Shown one piece after another: positions 35,722-45,986 of a DNA stretch of 51,655 nt. Each line of letters begins with the position of its first letter. Positions within the stretch are counted from its first letter, which is position 1. Position numbers and translations under genes: made by a program. The stretch lies in the IMG/VR virus record IMGVR_UViG_3300030104_001604, positions 1 to 51,655 of that record. One strand, written 5' to 3'. This stretch comes from a virus. Taxonomy: Duplodnaviria > Caudoviricetes. Under the pieces are notes generated by a model that worked only from the letters and a program-made list of their open reading frames with translations, made no database searches and was not told where the DNA came from.

Positions 35722-36711
35722 ATGGCTTATAACCAATCAGATCAATATTTTGAACCAAGTACGGATACGAATGCCAACTTTGCGAATTCAGTATCTACTC
35801 AGGCTAATTCATACTTCCTACCTGCTATTTATAGCAAAAAGGTGCTTAACTTTTTTAGGAAAGCATCGGTAGCTGAAGCTATTACCAATACAGACTATGC
35901 TGGAGAGATCACGGCTTACGGAGATTCCGTCAAGGTAATCAAAGAGCCTGAAATCACAGTATACCAGTATGAAAGAGGAGCAGATGTAACGGCAACTAAA
36001 CTAACAGATGCAGAAGTTAATTTGGTTGTTGACACAGCAAACGCTTTTAAGTTCATCGTAGATGACATTGAAACTAAGATGTCACACGTAAACTTTAAAG
36101 AAGTAGCGTCTTCTTCAGCAGCTTACGCATTGCGTGACGCTTATGATGAAGGTGTTATTGCTACTATGTTTGCAGGTGTATCAGCATCTAGCCCTAATCA
36201 TATTCTTGGTTCTGATAACGCAACTGACCTAGCGGCTGGTACTTTTGATGGTACTGGTAACTTAGATATCGGTTTTGCTTCTGGCGAACACGACCCTATT
36301 GACGTGTTGTCACATATGGCACGTTTGTTGGATGAGCAGAATGTACCTGAAGAGGGACGATGGTTCTTAGCTAATCCTGAGTTTTATGAGCAGCTAGTAC
36401 AAAGTTCTTCTAAGCTACTTTCGGTAGACTATAACGCTGGTCAAGGTTCTATTCGTAACGGTTTAGTATCGTCTGGAAAGCTACGTGGTTTCGACATGTA
36501 CAAGACTAACAATATTGCATCTACCTCCAATGCGGCTGGTAAGTGTATTGCTGGTCACATGTCTTCAACCTGTACAGCACAGACTATTACTAGTACTGAA
36601 GTAATTCGTGACCCTGATAGCTTTGGTGACATCGTGCGTGGTTTGCACGTTTATGGAGCTAAAGTAATGCGTGGCGAAGCTTTGGTATCTGCCTTCTACG
36701 GTATAGACTAA
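35722..36711 (+). CDS. Major capsid protein
   Basis: FLP.IYSKK...FFRK, ITNTDY.GEI, GD.V, FGDIVRGL.VYG.KV; highly biased codons. Confidence 0.9.
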   Translation: MAYNQSDQYFEPSTDTNANFANSVSTQANSYFLPAIYSKKVLNFFRKASVAEAITNTDYAGEITAYGDSVKVIKEPEITVYQYERGADVTATKLTDAEVNLVVDTANAFKFIVDDIETKMSHVNFKEVASSSAAYALRDAYDEGVIATMFAGVSASSPNHILGSDNATDLAAGTFDGTGNLDIGFASGEHDPIDVLSHMARLLDEQNVPEEGRWFLANPEFYEQLVQSSSKLLSVDYNAGQGSIRNGLVSSGKLRGFDMYKTNNIASTSNAAGKCIAGHMSSTCTAQTITSTEVIRDPDSFGDIVRGLHVYGAKVMRGEALVSAFYGID

Positions 36712-36724
36712 GCTATTTAGCTAT

Positions 36725-36751
36725 GGGGGTCATATAGACCCCCTTTACTTT
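36725..36751 (+). terminator. Terminator after the capsid gene
   Basis: GGGGGTC-ATATA-GACCCCC-TTTACTTT. Confidence 0.8.
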
Positions 36752-36764
36752 AAAGGATAAAAAG

Positions 36765-36926
36765 ATGCCTGGAAATCAAATTGGAAGCGATGATAATCCA
36801 ATGATGTTTAGAAAAACACTAGTGAGTAAAGAATCTCGTTTTCGTAAAGGCTTTGATAAAAATAGATATCAAGCTAATTATGATCGTATATTTAAAAAAG
36901 GAGGTAATCGTGCCAGACAAAAATAA
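36765..36926 (+). CDS. Small protein (53 aa), not in ORF track
   Basis: SD agga; ...Y.ANYDRIF motif. Confidence 0.6.
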   Translation: MPGNQIGSDDNPMMFRKTLVSKESRFRKGFDKNRYQANYDRIFKKGGNRARQK

Positions 36927-37068
36927 AAAGAGAGATATGTATATGGGTGGAGGATACTCTCGATCTATGATGAATAAAGGTGGTTATGCTTCTATTAAAG
37001 ATATGGCTTTAGCTTGTGAGAAAAAAGCAGGTGGTGTAAATACTAAAAGTAAACCTACTGAATCCTAA
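36910..37068 (+). CDS. 52-aa protein with two R-x5-GG motifs (GTG start)
   Basis: SD aggaggt; RDMYMGGG and RSMMNKGG. Confidence 0.65.
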   Translation: MPDKNKKRDMYMGGGYSRSMMNKGGYASIKDMALACEKKAGGVNTKSKPTES

Positions 37069-37835
37069 TGGCAACGTATCTTAATTTAACAAATGAACTA
37101 CTAAGAGAATTTAACGAGGTTGTATTAACTTCTTCTGATTTTAGTTCTGCCATAGGTATTCAACAACATGCTAAAGATGCAATCAATAGAGCATACTTAG
37201 ATATTGTTAATGAAGAACCATCTTGGCCTTTTTTAGCTACGGCTGAAAGTGGTGCAACTGATCCAATGTACGGTAATGTATATATTGAAACTACTGCTAA
37301 TACACGTTGGTATGAATTAAAACCAGCAAGTTCTAGCATAACAACTGATTATGGTTATGTAGATTGGTCTAATTTTCTTGTAACTACAGTAGGTGTATCA
37401 GGCGAATCTGCACCTTTTACAGCAGCTAATTTAAGATTTATTACAACAGAAGAATGGAAAGACTATTACAGACTTTCTGAAAATAAAGATGATGCTGGTG
37501 ATGCTAATGGTGGAGAACCAAAAAGAGTTATAAGAAGTCCTGATGCACGTAAGTTTGGATTAAGTCCTATACCAGATAAAGTGTACCGCATTTGGTTTTA
37601 TGCGTATGATTTACCTACAGAGCTTGATGCTCATGGAGATACTATTGTATTTCCTGATGTTTATAAACCTGTATTACTAGCAAGAGCTAGGTATTTTCTA
37701 TGTCAATTTAAAGAAAATATGCAAGCGGCTGCTTTTGCTTTAGAGGATTATAAAAAAGGTATTAAGTATATGCGTTCTGCTTTAATGACTCCAACACCTT
37801 ACTATATGAAAGATGATAGAGTAGGTTTTGCTTAA
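37068..37835 (+). CDS. Head-tail adaptor / tail tubular protein A
   Basis: YL.L.N..L...NE, WPF, P.PDK.Y; position. Confidence 0.7.
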   Translation: MATYLNLTNELLREFNEVVLTSSDFSSAIGIQQHAKDAINRAYLDIVNEEPSWPFLATAESGATDPMYGNVYIETTANTRWYELKPASSSITTDYGYVDWSNFLVTTVGVSGESAPFTAANLRFITTEEWKDYYRLSENKDDAGDANGGEPKRVIRSPDARKFGLSPIPDKVYRIWFYAYDLPTELDAHGDTIVFPDVYKPVLLARARYFLCQFKENMQAAAFALEDYKKGIKYMRSALMTPTPYYMKDDRVGFA

Positions 37836-39431
37836 ATGTCACAGGCATTTGGATTTAGCTGTAAAGGTGGTCTAAATACAAACTTAAATCAATTTGAGTT
37901 GTTGACTACGCCTGGAGCAGCTACAGAGTTACAAAACTTTGAAGTTGATTCTGATGGTGGTTATAGACGTATTAATGGTTATGCTGCTTTTGGTGATGCT
38001 AGACCAAATACCACTAATCGTATTTTAGGTATTGCAGTATATGGCGATGGTCTTATTGTATGTTCTGGAACAAATATTTATTTTACAGTAGATGGTGATA
38101 CATACTTACAAATAAATAGAAGCAGTGTGTCAGGAAGTGGAGATAATTATTCTACATTTACTGGTCGCTCAACATTAACAAGAACAAATCAAGGACAATG
38201 CTCTATTTCTCTTTTTGAAGGTTCTACAACATATGGTGAAATATTCATATGTGATGGAGCAAACAAACCTTTTTATTTTAAAATGACAGGTTCAGGAGCA
38301 TTAAGTGGTCGAACATACTTTGCTGCTGAAGTAGCAGTAGATACAGATAAAACTCCATCTGTAGGTGTAATACATGATAAACATTTTGTTGTAGGTGGTG
38401 CAAGTGCAGCTTCTAATACAGTTTATTATAGCGGTACTTTAGATCCAGATGATTTTACATCGACAGGATCAGGAAGTATACAGCTTGAAGATCAAATTGT
38501 AGGGTTAAAAAGTTTTCGTAATGATTTATATATTTTTTGTACTAATAGTATTTTTAAATTATCAAACATAAACAATAGTAGTACAATTGTTGTTGTACCT
38601 GTAGCAAAAAATGTAGGCTGTTTAAGTCATTTTAGTATTCAAGAAATAGGAGGTGATCTAGTCTTTTTAGCACCAGATGGTATTCGTAGTGTTGCAGGTA
38701 CAGCACGAATTGGTGACGTTGAATTAGGATCTGTAAGTAGACAGATACAATCTGTAATATCTGATATAGCTAGTAGTGCTAATTCATTTATTATTACTAG
38801 TTGTATTTTAAGAACTAAAGCACAGTATCGTTTATTTTATTGTACAACTGCTGCATCAACTGCAACTTCTAAAGGTGTAATAGGAACTTTAACTAAAAAC
38901 GGTTTTGAATGGTCAGAAACATTAGGTATTCAAGCACCAGCATTAACATCTGGTTTTAATTCAGATGGAATAGAAAAAATATTTCATGGTGATAATTTAG
39001 GGTATATTTATACACATGACTCAGGAAATTCTTTTTTTTCTGATGGCACAGCCCTTGATATAGAATCAAAATATCAAACACCTAATTTTGATTTTGGAGA
39101 TGCTGGAACAAGAAAAACATTAAAGTATGCTAAAATATCTATTACACCTGAAGGCTCTGTAGAACCTTCTTTTAGAATTAGATATGACTATGAAGATAAT
39201 AATATTCCTCAACCAACAGAAACAAATATAACAAATATTTTACTTCCTTCTTTATTTGGAACAGGAGTTTTTGGAACTTCACAGTTTGGTGGATCAACTG
39301 ATCCTATGGTACGAAAAACAATAACAGGCAGTGGTCATGCAGCTAATTTTAGAATTAGAAGCAATGATCAAAAATCAGCATACGCTATAAATGGAATGTA
39401 CATCGACTATGTACCTTCTGGTAGGAGATAA
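37836..39431 (+). CDS. Tail nozzle / tubular protein B (P22 gp10-like)
   Basis: GGLN, GGYRRING, beta-propeller character, GC....I....D..FL..DG. Confidence 0.75.
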   Translation: MSQAFGFSCKGGLNTNLNQFELLTTPGAATELQNFEVDSDGGYRRINGYAAFGDARPNTTNRILGIAVYGDGLIVCSGTNIYFTVDGDTYLQINRSSVSGSGDNYSTFTGRSTLTRTNQGQCSISLFEGSTTYGEIFICDGANKPFYFKMTGSGALSGRTYFAAEVAVDTDKTPSVGVIHDKHFVVGGASAASNTVYYSGTLDPDDFTSTGSGSIQLEDQIVGLKSFRNDLYIFCTNSIFKLSNINNSSTIVVVPVAKNVGCLSHFSIQEIGGDLVFLAPDGIRSVAGTARIGDVELGSVSRQIQSVISDIASSANSFIITSCILRTKAQYRLFYCTTAASTATSKGVIGTLTKNGFEWSETLGIQAPALTSGFNSDGIEKIFHGDNLGYIYTHDSGNSFFSDGTALDIESKYQTPNFDFGDAGTRKTLKYAKISITPEGSVEPSFRIRYDYEDNNIPQPTETNITNILLPSLFGTGVFGTSQFGGSTDPMVRKTITGSGHAANFRIRSNDQKSAYAINGMYIDYVPSGRR

Positions 39432-39433
39432 CA

Positions 39434-42046
39434 ATGGCAGGAACTAGTTATACACGACAGAGTACCATGTCGGATGGAGACACAATAACAGCAGCATTAT
39501 TTAATAATGAATTTAATCAGTTGTTATCTGCATTTTCTTATGCGTCATCTGGTACAACAGGACACCAACATGATGGTGGAGCAGGTGAAGGCGGTAACAT
39601 AGAAGTAATTGGTGATGCTGATTTTCTTAATAAGATAGTTGTTGATGGAACTAACAACCGTTGGGGATTTTTTGTAGAAGTTTCTAGTGCTGCCGTAGAA
39701 CAAATACGAGTACAAGATGGAGCTATAGTTCCTGTAACTGATAATGATATTGATTTAGGAACTAGCTCTTTAGAATTTAAAGATGGTTACTTTGATGGCA
39801 CAGTATACGCAGACGCAATAAACTTTAATGGTACAGCGATTAGTGCAACTGCTGCTGAATTAAATATAATGGATGGTGTTACATCTACAGCAGCAGAACT
39901 AAACATCCTGGATGGTGTAACATCTACGGCTGCTGAATTAAATATTGTAGATGGTGGTACATCTGCTACATCTACAACACTTGCAGATGCAGATCGTGTA
40001 GTAGTAAATGATAACGGTACAATGGTGCAGGTAGCACTAACAGACTTTGAAACTTACTTTGAAAGTGCATTAGATACACTAAGTAATGTAACGACTGTAG
40101 GTGCATTAGGATCAGGATCAGTTAGTTCTGGTTTTGGTAACATAGATATTGGTTCATCTAACTTAACAGCTACTGGAACTATATCATTAGGAGCTACATC
40201 CTTTAATGATCAGAATATTACAAATGTAGGATCAATACAATTAGATAGCATTGCAGGTGATGGAGATACAAATACATCATTAACCTTTAGCGGTTCTGAT
40301 GTAATTACAATAGCTACTGGTGGCACAACAGCCCTTACAATTGATGCCTCACAAAACGTAACCGTTGCAGGTGACTTAACAGTTACAGGCGATGACATTA
40401 CAATGGGAACTAATACAGCAGGTAATTTATTAGTTGCAGACGGTACAAACTTTAATTCGATTGCGGTTGGTAGCCTATCAGAAATATCTACGGTAGCTAA
40501 CGATGATGTTTTTCTTGCGGTTGATACATCAGGTGGTGGACTTAAAAAGATTGCTAGAAGCGCAATTGTTTCAGGACTAGCTTCATCTGGTGCAATATCT
40601 AATGTAGCAGATGATTCTACACCACAATTAGGTGGTGATCTTGATATGAATGGTCAAGACATTGTTACAACATCTAATGCTGATCTTGAACTAGCACCTA
40701 ATGGAACTGGACACGTAACAGTAAAAGGTAACACTAATGCTGGTTCTATACAGTTTAATTGTGAAAACAATAGTCACGGTCAAATAGTTAAAGCTCAACC
40801 ACATTCAGCATCAGTAACAAATACAATGTTGCTTCCAGCAGGAAGTAGTTCTACTTTAGTATCTTTGGTATCTACTGACACATTAACAAATAAAACTTTA
40901 ACATCCCCTAAGATTAATGAAGATGTAGCAGTTACTTCAACGGCTACTGAACTAAATGTTTTAGACGGCATTACGGCTGTAGTTGGAGAACTAAATGCAC
41001 TTGATCTAGGTTCAACAGCAGTTGGAACTGCAATTGCTTCTAAAGCAGTAATACTAGATTCAAATAAAGATTACACAGGTTTAAGAAATTTAACGATTAC
41101 TGGCGAACTAGACGCAGCTACATTAGATATAAGTGGTGATGTAGATATTGATGGAACATTAGAAGCTGATGCTATTACAATTGATGGTGCAACATTAGCA
41201 GAAACTATATCTGATACTGTTGGTGCAATGGTAAGCTCTAATACTGAAACAGGTATAACTGTTACGTATCAAGATGCTGATAATACTTTAGACTTTGCAC
41301 TTGGAGCAGCACAAACAACAATTACTTCTTTGTTAGCAACTGACATAAAGATTGGTGAAGATGATCAAACAAAGATTGACTTTGAAACTGCTGACACTAT
41401 TAATTTCTATGCTGGCAATGAGAAACAATTAATATTGACTGATGGAGCTTTGACACCTGGAAGTAATGCTATTGTTGATTTAGGTACAGACGCTTTAGAA
41501 TTTAAAGACGCATACTTTGATGGAACTGTAGAAGCCGATGCTATTTCTATAGGTGGTACAGCAATAAGTTCTACAGCAGCAGAGCTTAATATTCTTGATG
41601 GTGTAACGGCTACTACGGCTGAACTAAACTATTTAGACATTACAACTTTGGGAACTACAGAAGCTTCTAAAGCTGTTACAGCAGACGCTAATGGTGTTGT
41701 TAAATTTGACAATGGTATACAAGAAGAAAGCACAGCCGTTAGTTCTAGCTCTAATGCAGCTACAATTAACTTACGTGATGGTACAGTCTTTACACATACA
41801 CTAAGCGAAAATGTTACGTATACATTTAGCAATCCAGCAGCAAGTGGATATGCTAGTACTTTTGCTTTAAAGGTTACACAGGACTCTTCAGCAAGAACTA
41901 TTACATGGCCTAATAGTGTTGATTGGGCTGGAGGAACAGCACCTACAATCAGCACAGGTAGTGGAGATGTAGATATGTTTGTGTTTCATACAGTTGATGG
42001 TGGCACAATATACTATGGCTTTACAGCAGGGCAGGATTTAACGTAA
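39434..42046 (+). CDS. Tail fibre protein
   Basis: N-terminal YTRQS..GH.HDG attachment region; TAAELN.LDG repeats; LTNKTL; ITWP.SV.W.GG.AP tip. Confidence 0.8.
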   Translation: MAGTSYTRQSTMSDGDTITAALFNNEFNQLLSAFSYASSGTTGHQHDGGAGEGGNIEVIGDADFLNKIVVDGTNNRWGFFVEVSSAAVEQIRVQDGAIVPVTDNDIDLGTSSLEFKDGYFDGTVYADAINFNGTAISATAAELNIMDGVTSTAAELNILDGVTSTAAELNIVDGGTSATSTTLADADRVVVNDNGTMVQVALTDFETYFESALDTLSNVTTVGALGSGSVSSGFGNIDIGSSNLTATGTISLGATSFNDQNITNVGSIQLDSIAGDGDTNTSLTFSGSDVITIATGGTTALTIDASQNVTVAGDLTVTGDDITMGTNTAGNLLVADGTNFNSIAVGSLSEISTVANDDVFLAVDTSGGGLKKIARSAIVSGLASSGAISNVADDSTPQLGGDLDMNGQDIVTTSNADLELAPNGTGHVTVKGNTNAGSIQFNCENNSHGQIVKAQPHSASVTNTMLLPAGSSSTLVSLVSTDTLTNKTLTSPKINEDVAVTSTATELNVLDGITAVVGELNALDLGSTAVGTAIASKAVILDSNKDYTGLRNLTITGELDAATLDISGDVDIDGTLEADAITIDGATLAETISDTVGAMVSSNTETGITVTYQDADNTLDFALGAAQTTITSLLATDIKIGEDDQTKIDFETADTINFYAGNEKQLILTDGALTPGSNAIVDLGTDALEFKDAYFDGTVEADAISIGGTAISSTAAELNILDGVTATTAELNYLDITTLGTTEASKAVTADANGVVKFDNGIQEESTAVSSSSNAATINLRDGTVFTHTLSENVTYTFSNPAASGYASTFALKVTQDSSARTITWPNSVDWAGGTAPTISTGSGDVDMFVFHTVDGGTIYYGFTAGQDLT
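39845..39960 (+). repeat. Three tandem 39-bp (13-aa) fibre repeats
   Basis: T.TAAELNI.DG(V/G) x3. Confidence 0.8.
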
Positions 42047-45000
42047 TGAGTTTTGGAGCTACAAAGTTATTATCTGCATCAGGCAGTAAAGATGCTTATG
42101 AAATAGATCAGTCTTTGGTTTTGAATAAAGCAGACGGAGCTTATTTAGAACGAACTCCTTCTTCTGCAAGCAGCCGTAGAACATGGACATTTAGTGCGTG
42201 GATAAAAAAATCTACTTCATCAGATAGTGCATACGTTATATTTTCAGCACACGACAACTCAAATGAAAATGATGCTGGTTATGGTTGGATTGGTTTTTAC
42301 GGTGCTAAGTTGTATTTTGGAGGAGGGTCTACAAACTGGCGTATAACCAACCGAAAATTTCGTGATGTGGGGGCTTGGATGCACTTGGTTGTTGCTGTTG
42401 ACACAACGGACGGAACGGCTGGAGATAGAGTTAAAATATATATAAATGGTGTAGAAGAAACAGCTTTTCAAACAACTAATAATCCAGATCAAAATGAAGA
42501 CTTGGCTATTAACAGCACTGTAGAGCATCAAATAGGAGCGATAAATTATTCTAATCGCAATTATTTTGATGGTTACATGGCTGAAGTCAATTTTATTGAT
42601 GGCTCACAATTAACACCAAGTTCTTTTGGAAAAACCGATTCTGAAACAAACGCTTGGATTCCAAAAAAATATGGTGGAGCTTATGGAACTAATGGTTTTT
42701 ATTTGCCATTTGCTAAGAACGCAAGATATTGTGTTTACTTTGATGGATCTACTAGCACAGGAATAGAAATAGCTGACAATGCTGATTTTGATGTAGGCTC
42801 TGGTAATTTTACGATAGAAGCTTGGATTTATGTTGATGAAGATGCTGGAAATACTCGTTATATATCAGGACAATCAAGTTCATCAGGTGCTAATTCATCA
42901 GGAGCAGTACAATTTCAAATAGCGTCAAATAATAAATTAACATCATATATATTTGATGCCTCAGATACAGATAATTATTTAACACTAGAACCAAGTTCAG
43001 CAACTATTTCAGATAATAAATGGCATCATGTAGCAATTGTTAGAAATGGAACAGCATTTAATTTATATCAAGATGGAACATCTATAGCAAATGTTACTTC
43101 ATCAATAACAGTAAATAATTCTACTGCTAAATTTGCAGTTGGTTGTTTAGGTGAATATACAGCAGGGCATTTTAAAGGTTGGATTTCAAATTATAGATTT
43201 GTAAAAGGAACTGCGGTATACACTAGCAACTTTACTCCTGCAACATCTCCATTAACGGCAATTACAAATACAAAGTTATTATGCTGTCAAGACTCAACTG
43301 TAACGACAGATAATAGTGGAACTAGCAAAACACTTACTGTAACTGCTGCAAATACATACAGTCAGCAAATGTCTCCTTTTACCTATGATTGGTATCAGGA
43401 TCAGTCTGGTCAAGATAATCATTATCAAGCAGATAATGTTACAATAAATGATGTCATGCTTGATACGCCTACTAATAATTTTTGTACTTGGAATTCTTTA
43501 GATAACGGCAGTACAGTATTGAGCCAAGGGAATTTAAAGTTTGTAAACTCTAGTGGAAATTCAGATACAGGTAATACATTTGCTATCCCACATACAGGTA
43601 AATGGTATTTTGAACATAGATTGACTGTGGTTGACGCTTATTATGCAGGTTTTCTTTCAAGAGGCTATACAGCGACGGCTGGATCATATAGTGGTTTTAC
43701 AGCATATCAAATTGCATATGACGGACGATGGTATAATGGAAGTGATTTTGAGAGTTATGCAAGTTCATTCAGTAATGGAGATATTTTAGGATGGGCTATT
43801 GATTGTGATAATGGAAAAGTATATGTCAGCGTAAATGGAACATTTGCTAACAGCGGCAATCCTGTAAATGGTACAAATCCAGCCGATACTTTTACTGCAA
43901 CTGCTGATTGGAAATTTATAACTTACGGTAACTCAGGTTCACAATTTGATGCAAACTTTGGGCAGAATGGAACATTCAATGGATTGGTAACGGCTCAAGG
44001 CAATGCAGATGGAGGAGGAATAGGAAATTTCTACTATTCACCACCGTCCGGGTTCAAAGCGTTTTGCTCCAAAAACCTCCCAGATCCTGCAGTTAAAAAA
44101 TCTACAGATCATTTTAATACTGTGCTTTGGTCAGGAAATGAGACAGAAGATCGTGCTATTACTGGTGTTGGCTTCGCTCCAGATTGGGTCTGGCTCAAAA
44201 GTAGAAGTAATACTTATTATCATCAACTGCACGATTCTGTTAGAGGCACATCTGGTGGTGTTTTATATTCAAATACTCATGATGCAGAATCTTCAACGTA
44301 TAGTTTAGCAAGTTTTGACAGCGATGGTTTTACTGTTATGAAAGATGCTAATAATGATGCTCAAAATGATAATGGTCAAAATTATGTAGCTTGGAACTGG
44401 AAGGCAAACGGTTCTGGAGGTGCAAACACAGATGGAGCAACAAACAGTGTAGTGTCTGCTAATACAACATCAGGATTTTCTATTGTGACTTATAGTGGTA
44501 CTGGTTCAGCTACAACTATTGGTCATGGTTTAGGGGTTGTTCCAGCTTGGATAGTTGTAAAAAATAGAACAAATAATGCTGGAAATACAGATGCTTGGGC
44601 AAATTACCATCATGCTAATACCGGTGAACCAGCAACAGATGCCCTTTATTGGGACACAACTTATGGAACAACCGATGATGCTGGTACATGGAACGATACT
44701 GCACCAACAAGTTCTGTGTTTACAGTAAATAATTGGGGAGGCGTAAATGCTTCAGGTGACACTTATGTAGCTTATGTGTTTGCAGAAGTTGAAGGCTTTA
44801 GTAAATTTGGCGTGTATGAAGCCAATAATTCAACAAATGGGCCGTTTATACATACCGGATTTACCCCATCTTGGATAATTTTTAAATATATTGATGGAAA
44901 CGGTGAATGGTGGTGGATGCTTGACTCCACAAGAGACCCCATTAACCCAACCACTGAAGTTCTTTATATAAATGCTACTTCTGCTGAAAGCAGTATAGGT

Positions 45001-45132
45001 GGTAGTGGTGCAATAGATATTCTTTCAAACGGTTTTAAAATCAGAGCAACAAATGGCGGCATTAATACAGCTAACACTTATGTCTATATGGCTTTTGCCG
45101 AATTCCCATTTAAATACGCAAATGCGAGGTAA
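42046..45132 (+). CDS. Receptor-binding/fibre protein with LamG (ConA-like) and SPRY-like domains
   Basis: WT.S.W.K, W.H.V, FTIEAW, WHHVA.VR, GKWYFE, ANFGQ, PD.VW.K.R, YMAFAE.PFK. Confidence 0.75.
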   Translation: MSFGATKLLSASGSKDAYEIDQSLVLNKADGAYLERTPSSASSRRTWTFSAWIKKSTSSDSAYVIFSAHDNSNENDAGYGWIGFYGAKLYFGGGSTNWRITNRKFRDVGAWMHLVVAVDTTDGTAGDRVKIYINGVEETAFQTTNNPDQNEDLAINSTVEHQIGAINYSNRNYFDGYMAEVNFIDGSQLTPSSFGKTDSETNAWIPKKYGGAYGTNGFYLPFAKNARYCVYFDGSTSTGIEIADNADFDVGSGNFTIEAWIYVDEDAGNTRYISGQSSSSGANSSGAVQFQIASNNKLTSYIFDASDTDNYLTLEPSSATISDNKWHHVAIVRNGTAFNLYQDGTSIANVTSSITVNNSTAKFAVGCLGEYTAGHFKGWISNYRFVKGTAVYTSNFTPATSPLTAITNTKLLCCQDSTVTTDNSGTSKTLTVTAANTYSQQMSPFTYDWYQDQSGQDNHYQADNVTINDVMLDTPTNNFCTWNSLDNGSTVLSQGNLKFVNSSGNSDTGNTFAIPHTGKWYFEHRLTVVDAYYAGFLSRGYTATAGSYSGFTAYQIAYDGRWYNGSDFESYASSFSNGDILGWAIDCDNGKVYVSVNGTFANSGNPVNGTNPADTFTATADWKFITYGNSGSQFDANFGQNGTFNGLVTAQGNADGGGIGNFYYSPPSGFKAFCSKNLPDPAVKKSTDHFNTVLWSGNETEDRAITGVGFAPDWVWLKSRSNTYYHQLHDSVRGTSGGVLYSNTHDAESSTYSLASFDSDGFTVMKDANNDAQNDNGQNYVAWNWKANGSGGANTDGATNSVVSANTTSGFSIVTYSGTGSATTIGHGLGVVPAWIVVKNRTNNAGNTDAWANYHHANTGEPATDALYWDTTYGTTDDAGTWNDTAPTSSVFTVNNWGGVNASGDTYVAYVFAEVEGFSKFGVYEANNSTNGPFIHTGFTPSWIIFKYIDGNGEWWWMLDSTRDPINPTTEVLYINATSAESSIGGSGAIDILSNGFKIRATNGGINTANTYVYMAFAEFPFKYANAR

Positions 45133-45135
45133 CAA

Positions 45136-45711
45136 ATGTATGCAATAGTAAAAGACGGTTCAATAACCGCAACAGGAAACATAAAACAATTATTTCCAAA
45201 TACCTCGTTTGCAGGAGGCGTAGCCAATTCTGAGTTCAAAACATCTGAAGGTGTTATGGATATTGTGCAGGGTGAACGTAAAGACCAAAAGTATTATTTT
45301 GTTACACAAGGCAATGTTGAATTAGTAGACGGTGTTCCAACACAACAGTATACAAATACTGCAAAACGTCTAGCAGATGAAGACGCTAAAGATGCTGATG
45401 GTAATCAAATTTATGTGCAGGTTTATGATGCAGATACAAAAAAAATGGTGGATTCAAGTGAAAAGCTTGTTAACCAAGGTTTAAAAACACCTATGACTGC
45501 TGAAGTCAAAGACACAGCAAACAAGTTATTAGCTAAAACAGATTGGATGGTCATTAGAAAATACGAGCGTGATGTAGCGATACCGTCTGCAACAGCAACA
45601 TACAGAGCAGCAGTTATAACAGAATGTGCAAGACTTGAAACAGCAATAGCTGATGCAGCTAATGTAGACGCATTAGCAACCGTAATGGCTGGACAGGCTT
45701 GGCCTAACTAA
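45136..45711 (+). CDS. Tail fibre assembly chaperone-like protein
   Basis: LL..TDW, YR..V, terminal WP. Confidence 0.6.
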   Translation: MYAIVKDGSITATGNIKQLFPNTSFAGGVANSEFKTSEGVMDIVQGERKDQKYYFVTQGNVELVDGVPTQQYTNTAKRLADEDAKDADGNQIYVQVYDADTKKMVDSSEKLVNQGLKTPMTAEVKDTANKLLAKTDWMVIRKYERDVAIPSATATYRAAVITECARLETAIADAANVDALATVMAGQAWPN

Positions 45712-45986
45712 TGGATACTACAAGATTGGATAGAATCGAAGAAAAAATTGATAAGCTTAATGAAGCTGCTTTAGCTGTTGTAAGAATTGAAGAAAGATTA
45801 ATTGCATCAACTAAAAGAGTAGAAAGATTAGAGTATAGAGCTGATGAGCAAGAAGATGATTTAAGTTTATTAGAAAGACAAGTTGCTAACAACACTAATG
45901 CTTTAAAGACTTCAGAAAGGTTTATGTGGATTTTAATAACTGTTTGTGCTACGGCATTAATATATACATTTCAAGGTAATTCATAA
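45711..45986 (+). CDS. Coiled-coil protein with a C-terminal TM helix (XhlA/holin-like)
   Basis: RL.RIE.KID.L heptads, terminal TM. Confidence 0.55.
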   Translation: MDTTRLDRIEEKIDKLNEAALAVVRIEERLIASTKRVERLEYRADEQEDDLSLLERQVANNTNALKTSERFMWILITVCATALIYTFQGNS

